Assembly: GCA_050731995.1 (NCBI GenBank)
Contig: JBOHQB010000074.1
Location: 1 to 33,198, forward strand
Direction: 5' to 3'
DNA: 33,198 bases
From: Candidatus Rokuibacteriota bacterium
Lineage (GTDB): Bacteria > Methylomirabilota > Methylomirabilia > Rokubacteriales > CSP1-6
Below the pieces are notes generated by a model, which saw only the letters and a list, made by a program, of their open reading frames with translations, did not search any database and was not told where the DNA came from. Below, piece after piece: positions 7,258 to 15,496 of this stretch. Position 1 is the first letter of the stretch. The number at the start of each line of letters is the position of its first letter. A program made the position numbers and the translations under genes.

Positions 7258-10019
7258 AGCGCATCCTGCTCTGGCTCTTCGAGCATCCGGTCGCATCCTG
7301 CGCGGCCGTGCTCGCGGTGACCGTGCTCCTCGGCTGGCAGATCCCCCGGCTCCGGATCGACGACTCGGCCGAGGGGCTGACGGTCGTGAACGACCCCGCC
7401 CGCAGCGTCTACGAGCTTGCCCGGAAGCGCTTCGGGAGCGACAACCTCACGGTCGTCCTCGTCAAGGCCGACGACGTCTTCGCGCCGGCCGTGCTGGCGG
7501 TCGTCCGGCGACTGTCCGACGGCCTCGTCCGGCTGCCGAACGTCAGCCGCGTGGAGAGCCTCACCACCGTCAAGAACATCCGGGGCGAGGGCGACTCGCT
7601 CAACACGGATCTTCTCATCGAGACCCTGCCCCGCACGCCGGAGGAGGTCGAGCGCATCCGCCGCGACGCCCTCGGAACCCGCGTGCTGGTCGGCAACCTC
7701 GTCGCCCGGGACGCCAGGGCCACCGCGATCACCGTGTACGCCGATCCGCGTGCCGACGACCCCGGCTTCAACCATCGTTTCGTCGGTCAGGTTGAGGCGC
7801 TGATCGCACGAGAGACCAAGCCGGGGCTCATCATCTATCAGGTCGGCGGGCCATTCATCAAGACCACGTACGCCGACTACATCACCCGCGATCAGAAGAC
7901 GGTCGTTCCGCTGTCGATCCTGGTGCTGCTCGGCGCCCTCCTGCTCTCGTTCCGGATGCTGCAGGGCGTGGTCATCCCGGTGATCACCGCGATCGTCAGC
8001 ATCGTCTGGGCGCTGGGCCTCATGGTGCTCTTCGACCTGCCGCTGACGATCCTCACCGGGATCATTCCGTCGCTGCTCCTGGCCATCGGCTTCACCGAAG
8101 ACGTGCACATGATCGCCGCGTACCACCATCACCTCGAGAGGGGTCAGGACAAGCTGAGCGCGATCCGGAGCATGCTCGAGGAGGCCGCGCTGCCCATCCT
8201 CGTCACCACCGGCACGACCGTGGTGGGCTTCGGCAGTCTCGTGACGACCGACATCACGATGCTGATCCAGTTCGGCTGGGCGTCGTCGCTCGGTCTCACC
8301 GCGAACTTCGTCGTCACCATGGCCCTGCTGCCGCCGATGCTGCGCTGGTGGAAGGTGCCCCGACGGTTCCGTCGCGCCGCCTTCGAGGACGAGTCCGAGC
8401 ACGGCATGATCCCCCGGCTCATGGAGCGCCTGGCGGAGTTCAACCTGCGATACCGGGTGCCGATCCTCGTCGTCAGCGGGCTCCTCACGGTCGGTTCGCT
8501 GATCGGCTGGTACACGCTGCGCGTCAACACGGACATCGTTAGCTTCTTCCCGGTGAGCTCGCCCGTCCGAACCCGCCTCGAGGACCTGCACCGCTCGATG
8601 TCTGGCGGACTGGCTTTCTACATCGTCGTCGACACGGGGCGCGAGGACGGGGTCAAGGACCCGGCGGTCCTCCGCACGATCGCCGGGCTTCAGGATTTCC
8701 TCGCGTCGACCGGCAAGGTGGACAAGAGCGTGTCGGTCGCCGACTACGTCCGCAAGATGAATCGGGAGATGCACGGTGGGGACCCGGCCTGGGAGACGAT
8801 CCCCGACACGCGCGATCAGGTGGCCCAGTACCTCCTGACCCTGGAGGGGCCGGAACTGGCGAAGTTCCTCGACTTCAACGCCGGGGCGGCGAACATCGTC
8901 GTGCGCCACGATCTCACGGGCTCCGGAGACCTGTCCGCCCTCCTAGGCCAGATCCAGGCCTGGGTGGCCCGGAGCGTCCCGGCCAACGTCAGCGTCAAGC
9001 CGACCGGCGAGGCAATCCTGTTCAACAACGCCTCCGACTTCATGGCGATCAACGAGCTGACCAGCTTCGTCTGGACCTTCATCATCATCGGCCTCATCCA
9101 CGCCGTGCTCTTCATGTCCTTCAAGGCGGGTGCGCTGTCGCTCATCCCCAACGCCGTGCCGATCCTCTTCAACTATGGTGTGATGGGGCTGCTCGGCATC
9201 CCCTTGAACACGAGCAATGCCCTGATCGCGACCATCGCCATCGGGATCGCGGTCGACGACACGGTGCACCACATGGTGACCTACAGCCGTCAGCTGAACC
9301 TCCACCACGATCAGAAGATCGCGATGCTCAACACCATGCGGGCGCAGGGGCGTCCGATCATCTATGTCTCGGTGGCACTGGCGGCCGGCTTCCTCGCGCT
9401 GGTCTTCTCGAGTTTCGTGCCCACGGTACATTTCGGCTGGCTGGCCGCGACCGTCATGCTCCTCGCGATGGTCACCGAGCTGGTGCTCACGCCGATCCTG
9501 ATGTATTCCACCCGCCTGATCACGCTGTGGGACTTGGTGCTCACGCGCATGAATCCCGACGTCGTACGCACGGCGCCGCTCCTCCATGGCCTCTCCCGGT
9601 GGGAGGCACGCAAGGTCGTTCTCCTCGGCCGCCTCGACGAGGTCACGGCCGACGCGCTGATCGTGGGCAAGGGGGAAACGGGCACCGAGATGTACATGAT
9701 CGTGAGCGGCCGCGTGCGCGTCTTCGACCGGCTCTCGAACGGCGCCGAGAAGACGCTCACCATCCTGGGTCCCGGCGAGATCTTCGGCGAGATGGCGCTC
9801 GTGAGCCAGGAGCCGCGCAGCGCCTCGGTCATTGCCGAGATGCCAACCACGGTCCTGCGTCTGGACTTCGAGGCTTTCGAACGGATCCGTCGGCGCTTCC
9901 CCTACACCGGCGCCAAGCTCTTCCGGAACCTCGCGCGCGTGCTGGCCGGTCGCCTGCGCGAGCTGACGGTCGTCGTGGTCGAGGGGGTCCCGCTGGCCGG
10001 AGGCGGCGAGTCTCGCTGA
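7254..10019 (+). CDS. RND-superfamily (MMPL/HpnN-like, COG1033-type) lipid exporter fused to a C-terminal cyclic-nucleotide-binding domain
   Basis: 921 aa. The TTG start overlaps the upstream stop (TTGA). Two internally duplicated halves, each a periplasmic domain plus a TM bundle, carry paired charged TM motifs (AIGFTEDVHMI and AIGIAVDDTVHHM). C-terminal CNB domain is described in the next feature. Confidence 0.85.
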   Translation: MKRILLWLFEHPVASCAAVLAVTVLLGWQIPRLRIDDSAEGLTVVNDPARSVYELARKRFGSDNLTVVLVKADDVFAPAVLAVVRRLSDGLVRLPNVSRVESLTTVKNIRGEGDSLNTDLLIETLPRTPEEVERIRRDALGTRVLVGNLVARDARATAITVYADPRADDPGFNHRFVGQVEALIARETKPGLIIYQVGGPFIKTTYADYITRDQKTVVPLSILVLLGALLLSFRMLQGVVIPVITAIVSIVWALGLMVLFDLPLTILTGIIPSLLLAIGFTEDVHMIAAYHHHLERGQDKLSAIRSMLEEAALPILVTTGTTVVGFGSLVTTDITMLIQFGWASSLGLTANFVVTMALLPPMLRWWKVPRRFRRAAFEDESEHGMIPRLMERLAEFNLRYRVPILVVSGLLTVGSLIGWYTLRVNTDIVSFFPVSSPVRTRLEDLHRSMSGGLAFYIVVDTGREDGVKDPAVLRTIAGLQDFLASTGKVDKSVSVADYVRKMNREMHGGDPAWETIPDTRDQVAQYLLTLEGPELAKFLDFNAGAANIVVRHDLTGSGDLSALLGQIQAWVARSVPANVSVKPTGEAILFNNASDFMAINELTSFVWTFIIIGLIHAVLFMSFKAGALSLIPNAVPILFNYGVMGLLGIPLNTSNALIATIAIGIAVDDTVHHMVTYSRQLNLHHDQKIAMLNTMRAQGRPIIYVSVALAAGFLALVFSSFVPTVHFGWLAATVMLLAMVTELVLTPILMYSTRLITLWDLVLTRMNPDVVRTAPLLHGLSRWEARKVVLLGRLDEVTADALIVGKGETGTEMYMIVSGRVRVFDRLSNGAEKTLTILGPGEIFGEMALVSQEPRSASVIAEMPTTVLRLDFEAFERIRRRFPYTGAKLFRNLARVLAGRLRELTVVVVEGVPLAGGGESR
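9570..10016 (+). other. Cyclic-nucleotide-binding (CAP/PKA-type) domain at the C-terminus of the RND exporter
   Basis: LIVGKGETGTEMYMIVSGRVRV...LGPGEIFGEMALVSQEPRSASVIA. The phosphate-binding cassette has the conserved FGE Glu and RSA Arg, and a hinge helix follows (LDFEAFERIRRRFP). Confidence 0.75.
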
Positions 10020-10020
10020 C

Positions 10021-11379
10021 ATGAACCGGCGCACCGGAGGGACGTGGGACGTGGTGATCGCCGGCGGCGGCGTGGCCGGCGTATCGGTGGCCGCCGCGCT
10101 GGGCGAGTTCGGCTATCGCGTCCTGCTCGTCGAGCCGGGCCTCAACGGCGCCAAGCGGCTCGCCGGCGAGCTGATCCATCCCCCCGGTGTCAGTGACCTC
10201 GCCGACCTCGGGCTGCTGGCGCCGCTCGAGCGGATCGGCGTGGCACCGGTCCTCGGCTTCGCGGTCTCGCCGCACGCGGACGCGGCGCCCTATCTGCTCC
10301 CCTACGGCGCGATCCCCGGCGTCCGGCGCCGTGGTTTCGCGCTGGACCACGCGGTGCTCACCGTCACGCTGTTCGCCGCCGCCAAGCAACTGCCGCACGT
10401 CACGACGTGGCAGGACGCGCGCGTGTGCGACCTGGACCTGACGCCGGACGGCGCGACCGTGCTGATCGCGCGTCCGAACGGTCCGACATCCGTGCGCGCG
10501 CGGCTCGTCGTCGCGGCGGACGGCGGCGCGTCCACCGTACGCCGCCTGGCGTCCATCGCGCACACGCGCGTCCGCCTCTCGCACATGCTCGGCGTGCAGC
10601 TCCCGGGCCCCCTGCCCGAGGCGGGCTTCGGCAACGTGTTCCTCGGCGGCCCCGCCCCGGTGCTCGCGTACGCGATCGACGACGTCACGGCGCGCGTGAT
10701 GTTCGACGTCCCCGGCAACCCCGACGGCATCGCCGCCGTCCGTCGCGATCCCGCGTACCTGGCCGCCCTGCCCCGCGAGTTCCGTGAGCGCGTGCGCGCC
10801 GCCGTCCACGCCGAGCCGGGTCTCGTGTGCGCGAACTACTGCGTCGTTCCCGAGGCGGTCGCCACCGGTTGCGTGGTGCTCGTCGGCGACGCGGCCGGCT
10901 CCTGCCACCCGCTCACGGCTACGGGGCTCAGCGCCTGCACGCGCGACGCGATCCGCCTCCGGCAGGCCCTGCGCGAGGCCGACGGCGACATTCCGCTCGC
11001 GGTCCGCCGCTACGCGCGCGCCCGCGGCGGGCCGCAGCGCACCCGGGTCGCGCTCGCCGAGGCGCTCTACCGGGCCTTCGCCGACCCGTCGGACGAGATG
11101 CGGCTCCTGCGCAACGGAATCTTGAAATTCTGGCAGCGCAGTCGCCGCGGCCGTGCGGCCTCGATGGCGCTCCTCTCCACGCACGAAGGGCGCATGTCGG
11201 TCATGGCGGTGCAATACGCGCGCGTGCTGGGTTACGCGCTCACCGGGCTTGTCCGTCTCCGCGGTGACGGGCGGGCGCGCTCGCCGCTCGCGCGCGCCCG
11301 CGCCGTGATGCGGCTTACCCGCGCGGCCCTCGGCCTGCTCGCGCAGGCGTACAGGGGCCGGCGTCTCCGGCACACCTGA
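10021..11379 (+). CDS. sqmo: Squalene monooxygenase / squalene epoxidase (ERG1/SQLE family flavoprotein)
   Basis: 452 aa. DVVIAGGGVAGVSVAAAL Rossmann motif. GELIHPPG (compare eukaryotic GELLQPGG). VVAADGGASTVRR. VLVGDAAGSCHPLTATGLS (compare GDAxNMRHPLTGGGMT). Starts 1 nt after the RND stop. Confidence 0.8.
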   Translation: MNRRTGGTWDVVIAGGGVAGVSVAAALGEFGYRVLLVEPGLNGAKRLAGELIHPPGVSDLADLGLLAPLERIGVAPVLGFAVSPHADAAPYLLPYGAIPGVRRRGFALDHAVLTVTLFAAAKQLPHVTTWQDARVCDLDLTPDGATVLIARPNGPTSVRARLVVAADGGASTVRRLASIAHTRVRLSHMLGVQLPGPLPEAGFGNVFLGGPAPVLAYAIDDVTARVMFDVPGNPDGIAAVRRDPAYLAALPREFRERVRAAVHAEPGLVCANYCVVPEAVATGCVVLVGDAAGSCHPLTATGLSACTRDAIRLRQALREADGDIPLAVRRYARARGGPQRTRVALAEALYRAFADPSDEMRLLRNGILKFWQRSRRGRAASMALLSTHEGRMSVMAVQYARVLGYALTGLVRLRGDGRARSPLARARAVMRLTRAALGLLAQAYRGRRLRHT

Positions 11380-11393
11380 GCGCCCGTCTCAGG
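11375..11393. terminator. Short hairpin at the convergent operon junction (possible bidirectional terminator)
   Basis: CCTGAG (11375-11380) and CTCAGG (11388-11393) form a 6-bp stem around the 7-nt loop cgcccgt. The stem includes both stop codons (TGA 11377-11379 on plus, TGA 11391-11389 on minus). No U-tract. Confidence 0.2.
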
Positions 11394-13356
11394 CCGCCCG
11401 CGCCGTCGCGCGGTCCGGCCCGGCTTGGCGCGCATAGCGCGCGAGCGCCCAGGCCGGGAAGTAGGCCGAGTACAGCCGATAGTCCAGCATCGCAGTGCCG
11501 AAGAAAACGCCGTTGACGGAGCCGGCGGGCCATCCTCCGTTCGCCTCCTGTCGCGCGCACAGCCAGTCGATGCCCCGCTCGACCGACGCGTGGGTGGCGC
11601 CGACGACGTCGAGCAGTGCGAGCAACGCCCACGCGGTCTGCACCGGCTGGCTGAGGGCGTGCTCGACGTAGCGGTCGTGCAGACATCCCGACCAGTGCTC
11701 CCCCCAGCCGCCGTCCGGACGCTGCCGCGCGACGAGCCACTCGGCGGCGCGAACCAGGGCGAGGTCATCGGCCGCCACGCCGGCGCCGCGCAGCCCCGCG
11801 ACGAAGTGGAAGGCGCCGTACGTGAAATTGATGCCCCACGCTCCCGTGATCGCGCCGTCGACGCGCTGGCTCGCGCGGAGGAATCGAACGCCTCGCTCGA
11901 TCGCCGGCGCGACGCCCGGCACCAAGGTCGGGTCGCGCCGTCCGAGTCGCGCGAGCGCCGACACGCACGAGGCGGTGCATTCGATGTACGAGCGCTCTGT
12001 CATGCAGCGACCGAACATCTCGGACGCGTTGAGCCGCTCGAGCCACGGGCCGCCGCGGCGCGGCTCGTAAGTCCCAAAACCGCCATCGCGGTTCTGGCGG
12101 GCGAGGATGAATCGGGCCGCGAGGGCCAGCCGTGTCGCCGGCGTCCGTTCGGACTGGGGGATGACCGGCTCCGCGCTCAGCAGCGCGCTCACCGCCTCGG
12201 CGGTGCAATCGCTCACCGGCCAGCGATGGACCCCGTCGGAGAAGCACCAGCCGCCCGCGGTCGGCTCGCGGTCCTGCTCTCGCCAACGCGGCAGCTCGCT
12301 CGTGAGCTGCGTGTCGCGCAGGAATCCGTAGCCGCGCCGGACGGCCGCGGCGTGCGCCGGCTCGTCGCCCGTCGTGAGCGCGCGGAGCGCGAAGGCGGTG
12401 TCCCAGGCGTTCGAGCGGGCCCCGGCGTAGCGGATTCCGCCCGCGTCCTCCCAGCGCCAGCCTTCGAGGCCGTCCAGGCTGGCGGCCAGCGCCGGGTCGG
12501 CCGGATCGTGCGCCCACAGCGACAGGCAGTCGAGGACCGCGTTGACCGGCGACAAGCCGAGCCACCGGCTCTCGCGCTGCTCGTAGCGGATGCGATCGAG
12601 GCACGCGTCGAGCGCGCGCCGGCGCAGCCTGACGGGAGTCACGCGGTCCACGCCGGACAGCACCGACGCCGCCACGCGCAGACCGGGGCCCGGACGCACG
12701 TACAGGTCGCTCGCCGCCACGTCGTGGCGGTGGGCCGCGAAGTCGAGGGTCGCGTACGGCTCCGCGTAGAGCTCCTCGCGCAGCGCCGCGCCGAGGGGTC
12801 CGAGGTCGGCGGTGACTCGCCGCCCGTACACATAGGCCACCGCCAGATAGATGTAGCGCGTGTGGCAGTACCAGCGGGCCGGGTGGAACGGGAGGAGCCG
12901 CGGCAACGCGTAGAGCTCGGGCAGCACCGGCGTGACGCCGGCCCAGCCGTAGAGCCCGAGCAGCGCAAGCCAGAGCTTGCCCCACGTGGGGATCGCCAGC
13001 ACGCCGCCCGCCTGTCCCCGCAGCCAGCCGCGCGCGTCGGCGACGAGCGGCTCGTCGCGCTCGAGGCCGAGCAGCCGCAGCGCGACGTACACCAGCGTGG
13101 TGACGAAGACGTACCCCGCCGACTCCGGATGAAGGCCCCACGCGCCGTCGGCCGTTCGCACTCCGCGCAGGTAGCGAACGATCCCCGCACGGGTCGCCGC
13201 GCCGACCGGACGCCCGACGACGTGGCGGACGATGACGACCTGGGCCGTGATCATCGGGCACCACACCACCTCGCCCTCCCAGTCGCCGCGCGGTGACTGC
13301 AGCGTCACGAGGCGGGCGAGGGCGCTATCGCGCGCGGCGGCGGCGGCCGCGAGCAT
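11389..13356 (-). CDS. osc: Oxidosqualene cyclase (lanosterol/cycloartenol/parkeol synthase type terpene cyclase)
   Basis: The listed ORF reaches 13476, but Met41 at 13356 overlaps the upstream stop by 1 nt (TGATG), giving 655 aa. OSC-type catalytic motif WPVSDCTAEA at 12196-12222, not the SHC-type DxDDTA. Multiple QW repeats (RFLRASQRVDGAITGAWG, EWLVARQRPDGGWGE, DWLCARQEANGGWP, FILARQNRDGGFG). Confidence 0.9.
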   Translation of the reverse strand: MLAAAAAARDSALARLVTLQSPRGDWEGEVVWCPMITAQVVIVRHVVGRPVGAATRAGIVRYLRGVRTADGAWGLHPESAGYVFVTTLVYVALRLLGLERDEPLVADARGWLRGQAGGVLAIPTWGKLWLALLGLYGWAGVTPVLPELYALPRLLPFHPARWYCHTRYIYLAVAYVYGRRVTADLGPLGAALREELYAEPYATLDFAAHRHDVAASDLYVRPGPGLRVAASVLSGVDRVTPVRLRRRALDACLDRIRYEQRESRWLGLSPVNAVLDCLSLWAHDPADPALAASLDGLEGWRWEDAGGIRYAGARSNAWDTAFALRALTTGDEPAHAAAVRRGYGFLRDTQLTSELPRWREQDREPTAGGWCFSDGVHRWPVSDCTAEAVSALLSAEPVIPQSERTPATRLALAARFILARQNRDGGFGTYEPRRGGPWLERLNASEMFGRCMTERSYIECTASCVSALARLGRRDPTLVPGVAPAIERGVRFLRASQRVDGAITGAWGINFTYGAFHFVAGLRGAGVAADDLALVRAAEWLVARQRPDGGWGEHWSGCLHDRYVEHALSQPVQTAWALLALLDVVGATHASVERGIDWLCARQEANGGWPAGSVNGVFFGTAMLDYRLYSAYFPAWALARYARQAGPDRATARAA

Positions 13357-14429
13357 CAGGAGTGCGCGGGTGCGGCGCCCGCCAAATACTCCTCCCACTT
13401 CTTCACGGTGAGCTGCTGGAAGAGGCCGACCGCCGGGTTGAGGTCGGGCACCGGCCGATCGTGGTGCGTCTCCCACCCGCGCTGCTCGGCCTCCACGGCG
13501 AAGCCGTCCTGGGCGAGCAACGGGTGGATGAGGACCCGGTTGGAGATCCGGAGCACGAGCGTCATCAGCCGACGTGGGATGCGGAGTGGCGTGAGCGGGA
13601 TCCTGAGCGATTCAAAATAGAAGAGGAAAAACGTCCGGGTCGTGCTCTCGTCGATCGGCAGGAAGAAGCACCAGTGCTTGATCTTGCCGTCCGTGTTCGA
13701 CCACTGGTACGGGTACTCGTAGCAGAGATCCATCGCGTTCGTATTCACACGACGCCGGTCCACGAACAGTCCCGAGATCCGGCCGCGCCCGACGCGCGTA
13801 TCGTAGGAGACGTGGACGGCGTCGCCGACCCGCTCGCAGCGGGTGAGCCGCGCGTCCTCGAACGGCCGGTATTTGCGGTGCAGCCACGCATGGGTGAAAT
13901 CGCTCACGTTGTCGACGACCATCGAGTGGTGCGCACGCCACGTGAAGTCGAGCGGCACGCACGCCCAGCGCCCGGGGTCCTCGAGCTCCGGGATATCGGG
14001 AATCGATCGACGGTCGGCCCGCGCGGGATCGCCCGGGTAGACCCAGACGAGGCCGTAGCGCGCCTTCACGGGGTACGTGCGCAGCGTGACCTTCGGCAAC
14101 GGGCGGCCGAACAGCTCGTGAGGCACGTGCGCGAGTCGGCCGGTCCCATCGTACGCCCAGCCATGATAGGCGCACGTCAGCCGGCAGTCCTCCACGCTGC
14201 CGAGCGTCAGCTTCAGCTGACGGTGGGCGCAGCGGTTCTCGACCGCGTGGAGCGCGCCGTCTTCGTCGCGCCACAGCGCGATCGACTGCCCCCAGAACTG
14301 AGTCTCGACGACGGCGCCGGGTTGCACCGCGCGGTCGTACTCGACCGCGTACCAATAGTCCGGATGCAGGCCGGCCGCGCGGGCCTTCTCGCGCAGGTTG
14401 CGCGCCTCGGCGAACGACGGGCCGCTCAC
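13356..14429 (-). CDS. Rieske [2Fe-2S] non-heme-iron oxygenase, SdmA-like (candidate sterol C-4 methyl oxidase), paralogue 2
   Basis: The 661-aa listed ORF is an artefactual 5' extension. The GTG at 14429 overlaps the upstream stop (GTGA) and aligns with the Met start of the paralogue, giving 357 aa. Rieske motif CAHRQLKLTLGSVEDCRLTCAYHGW. Mononuclear-iron motif DNVSDFTHAWLH. Confidence 0.8.
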   Translation of the reverse strand: MSGPSFAEARNLREKARAAGLHPDYWYAVEYDRAVQPGAVVETQFWGQSIALWRDEDGALHAVENRCAHRQLKLTLGSVEDCRLTCAYHGWAYDGTGRLAHVPHELFGRPLPKVTLRTYPVKARYGLVWVYPGDPARADRRSIPDIPELEDPGRWACVPLDFTWRAHHSMVVDNVSDFTHAWLHRKYRPFEDARLTRCERVGDAVHVSYDTRVGRGRISGLFVDRRRVNTNAMDLCYEYPYQWSNTDGKIKHWCFFLPIDESTTRTFFLFYFESLRIPLTPLRIPRRLMTLVLRISNRVLIHPLLAQDGFAVEAEQRGWETHHDRPVPDLNPAVGLFQQLTVKKWEEYLAGAAPAHS

Positions 14430-15496
14430 GCCGGAACCCCGGCGGACCCGGCCCGGGCCAGGTGCGCCTCCCACTTCCGAATGGTGAGCCGGTGGAGCAG
14501 GGCGACGGCCGGATTCAGCTCGACGAGGGGCGCGTCCCAGTGGGCCTCGTAGCCGCGCTGCTCCGCTTCCAGCGCCACGCGGTCCTGATCGAGGAGCGAG
14601 CGTACGAACGGCTGGATCGCGGCGAGGACCCACCGGAGGGCCCGGTGCGGCGGCGACACCGGCAGCCCCGGCACGCGGAGCCGGTCGTAGGCCATCACGA
14701 AGAAAACGCGCGTGGTGCGGACGTCCATCGGCAGCAGAAACGTCCAGTACCTGATCTGCCCGCGGATGCCCGACCACTCGAACGCCGCCCAATGGTACGG
14801 GTACTCGAAACATATCGTCATCGGTGACGGAGCCACGTCGTGCCGCACGCGGGGCCCCACCTTCGCCTCGTAGCGCAGGAGGACGCGGTCGTCCGTGGCG
14901 TCCCAGTCGAGCAACCGCCCCGGCTGGAACGACGCGAACCTCCGGTGCAGGTGCGCGTGCGTCAGATCGCAGAGGTTGTCCATCACCATCGAGTGATGCG
15001 CGCGCCACGTGAAGTCGATCGGCACATACGCCCACGGTTCGGAGCCCTCGAGCACCGGCACCTCCGGCAGCGGGACGCGCGCGGCCAGCGTGGGGTCGCC
15101 CGGGAAGATCCAGATCAACCCGTAGCGCTCGAGGACGGGATAGTGGCGGATGTGCACGGACGGCATCGAGTGCCCGAACCGGTCGTGGGGCACGTCCACG
15201 AGCCGTCCGGCGTCGTCGTACGTCCAGCCGTGATAGGCGCAGGCCAGGCGGCAGCCCTCCACGCTGCCGAGCGAGAGCGGCAGCTGGCGATGGGCGCAGC
15301 GGTCCTCGAGCGCGTGCACGCGGCCGTCGGTATCCCGCCACAGGACGATGGCCGCGCCCCAGAACGAGGTGGCGCGGATCGCGCGCAGCGGCAGCCTGCG
15401 CTCGTATTCGACCGCATACCAGTGATTCGGATCGAGCCCGGCCGCGCGGACCTTCTGGCGCAAGCCGACGGCGTCGGCGAACGCCGGCGGCGTCAT
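14426..15496 (-). CDS. Rieske [2Fe-2S] non-heme-iron oxygenase, SdmA-like (candidate sterol C-4 methyl oxidase), paralogue 1
   Basis: The ATG at 15496 overlaps the CYP51 stop (ATGA), giving 356 aa. CAHRQLPLSLGSVEGCRLACAYHGW and DNLCDLTHAHLH motifs. Collinear with the downstream paralogue along its whole length. Confidence 0.8.
   Translation of the reverse strand: MTPPAFADAVGLRQKVRAAGLDPNHWYAVEYERRLPLRAIRATSFWGAAIVLWRDTDGRVHALEDRCAHRQLPLSLGSVEGCRLACAYHGWTYDDAGRLVDVPHDRFGHSMPSVHIRHYPVLERYGLIWIFPGDPTLAARVPLPEVPVLEGSEPWAYVPIDFTWRAHHSMVMDNLCDLTHAHLHRRFASFQPGRLLDWDATDDRVLLRYEAKVGPRVRHDVAPSPMTICFEYPYHWAAFEWSGIRGQIRYWTFLLPMDVRTTRVFFVMAYDRLRVPGLPVSPPHRALRWVLAAIQPFVRSLLDQDRVALEAEQRGYEAHWDAPLVELNPAVALLHRLTIRKWEAHLARAGSAGVPA

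Noticed and set aside
11389-13476. Cyclase as a squalene-hopene cyclase (hopanoid locus)
   Set aside because: The catalytic motif is VSDCTAE (oxidosqualene-cyclase type), not DxDDTA. It is also flanked by squalene epoxidase and CYP51.
13356-15341. Listed 661-aa ORF that suggests a giant Rieske fusion protein
   Set aside because: Its N-terminal ~300 aa are Arg/Ala/Pro/Gly-rich and lie out of frame over the upstream Rieske gene. The paralogue alignment and a GTGA overlap place the real start at 14429.
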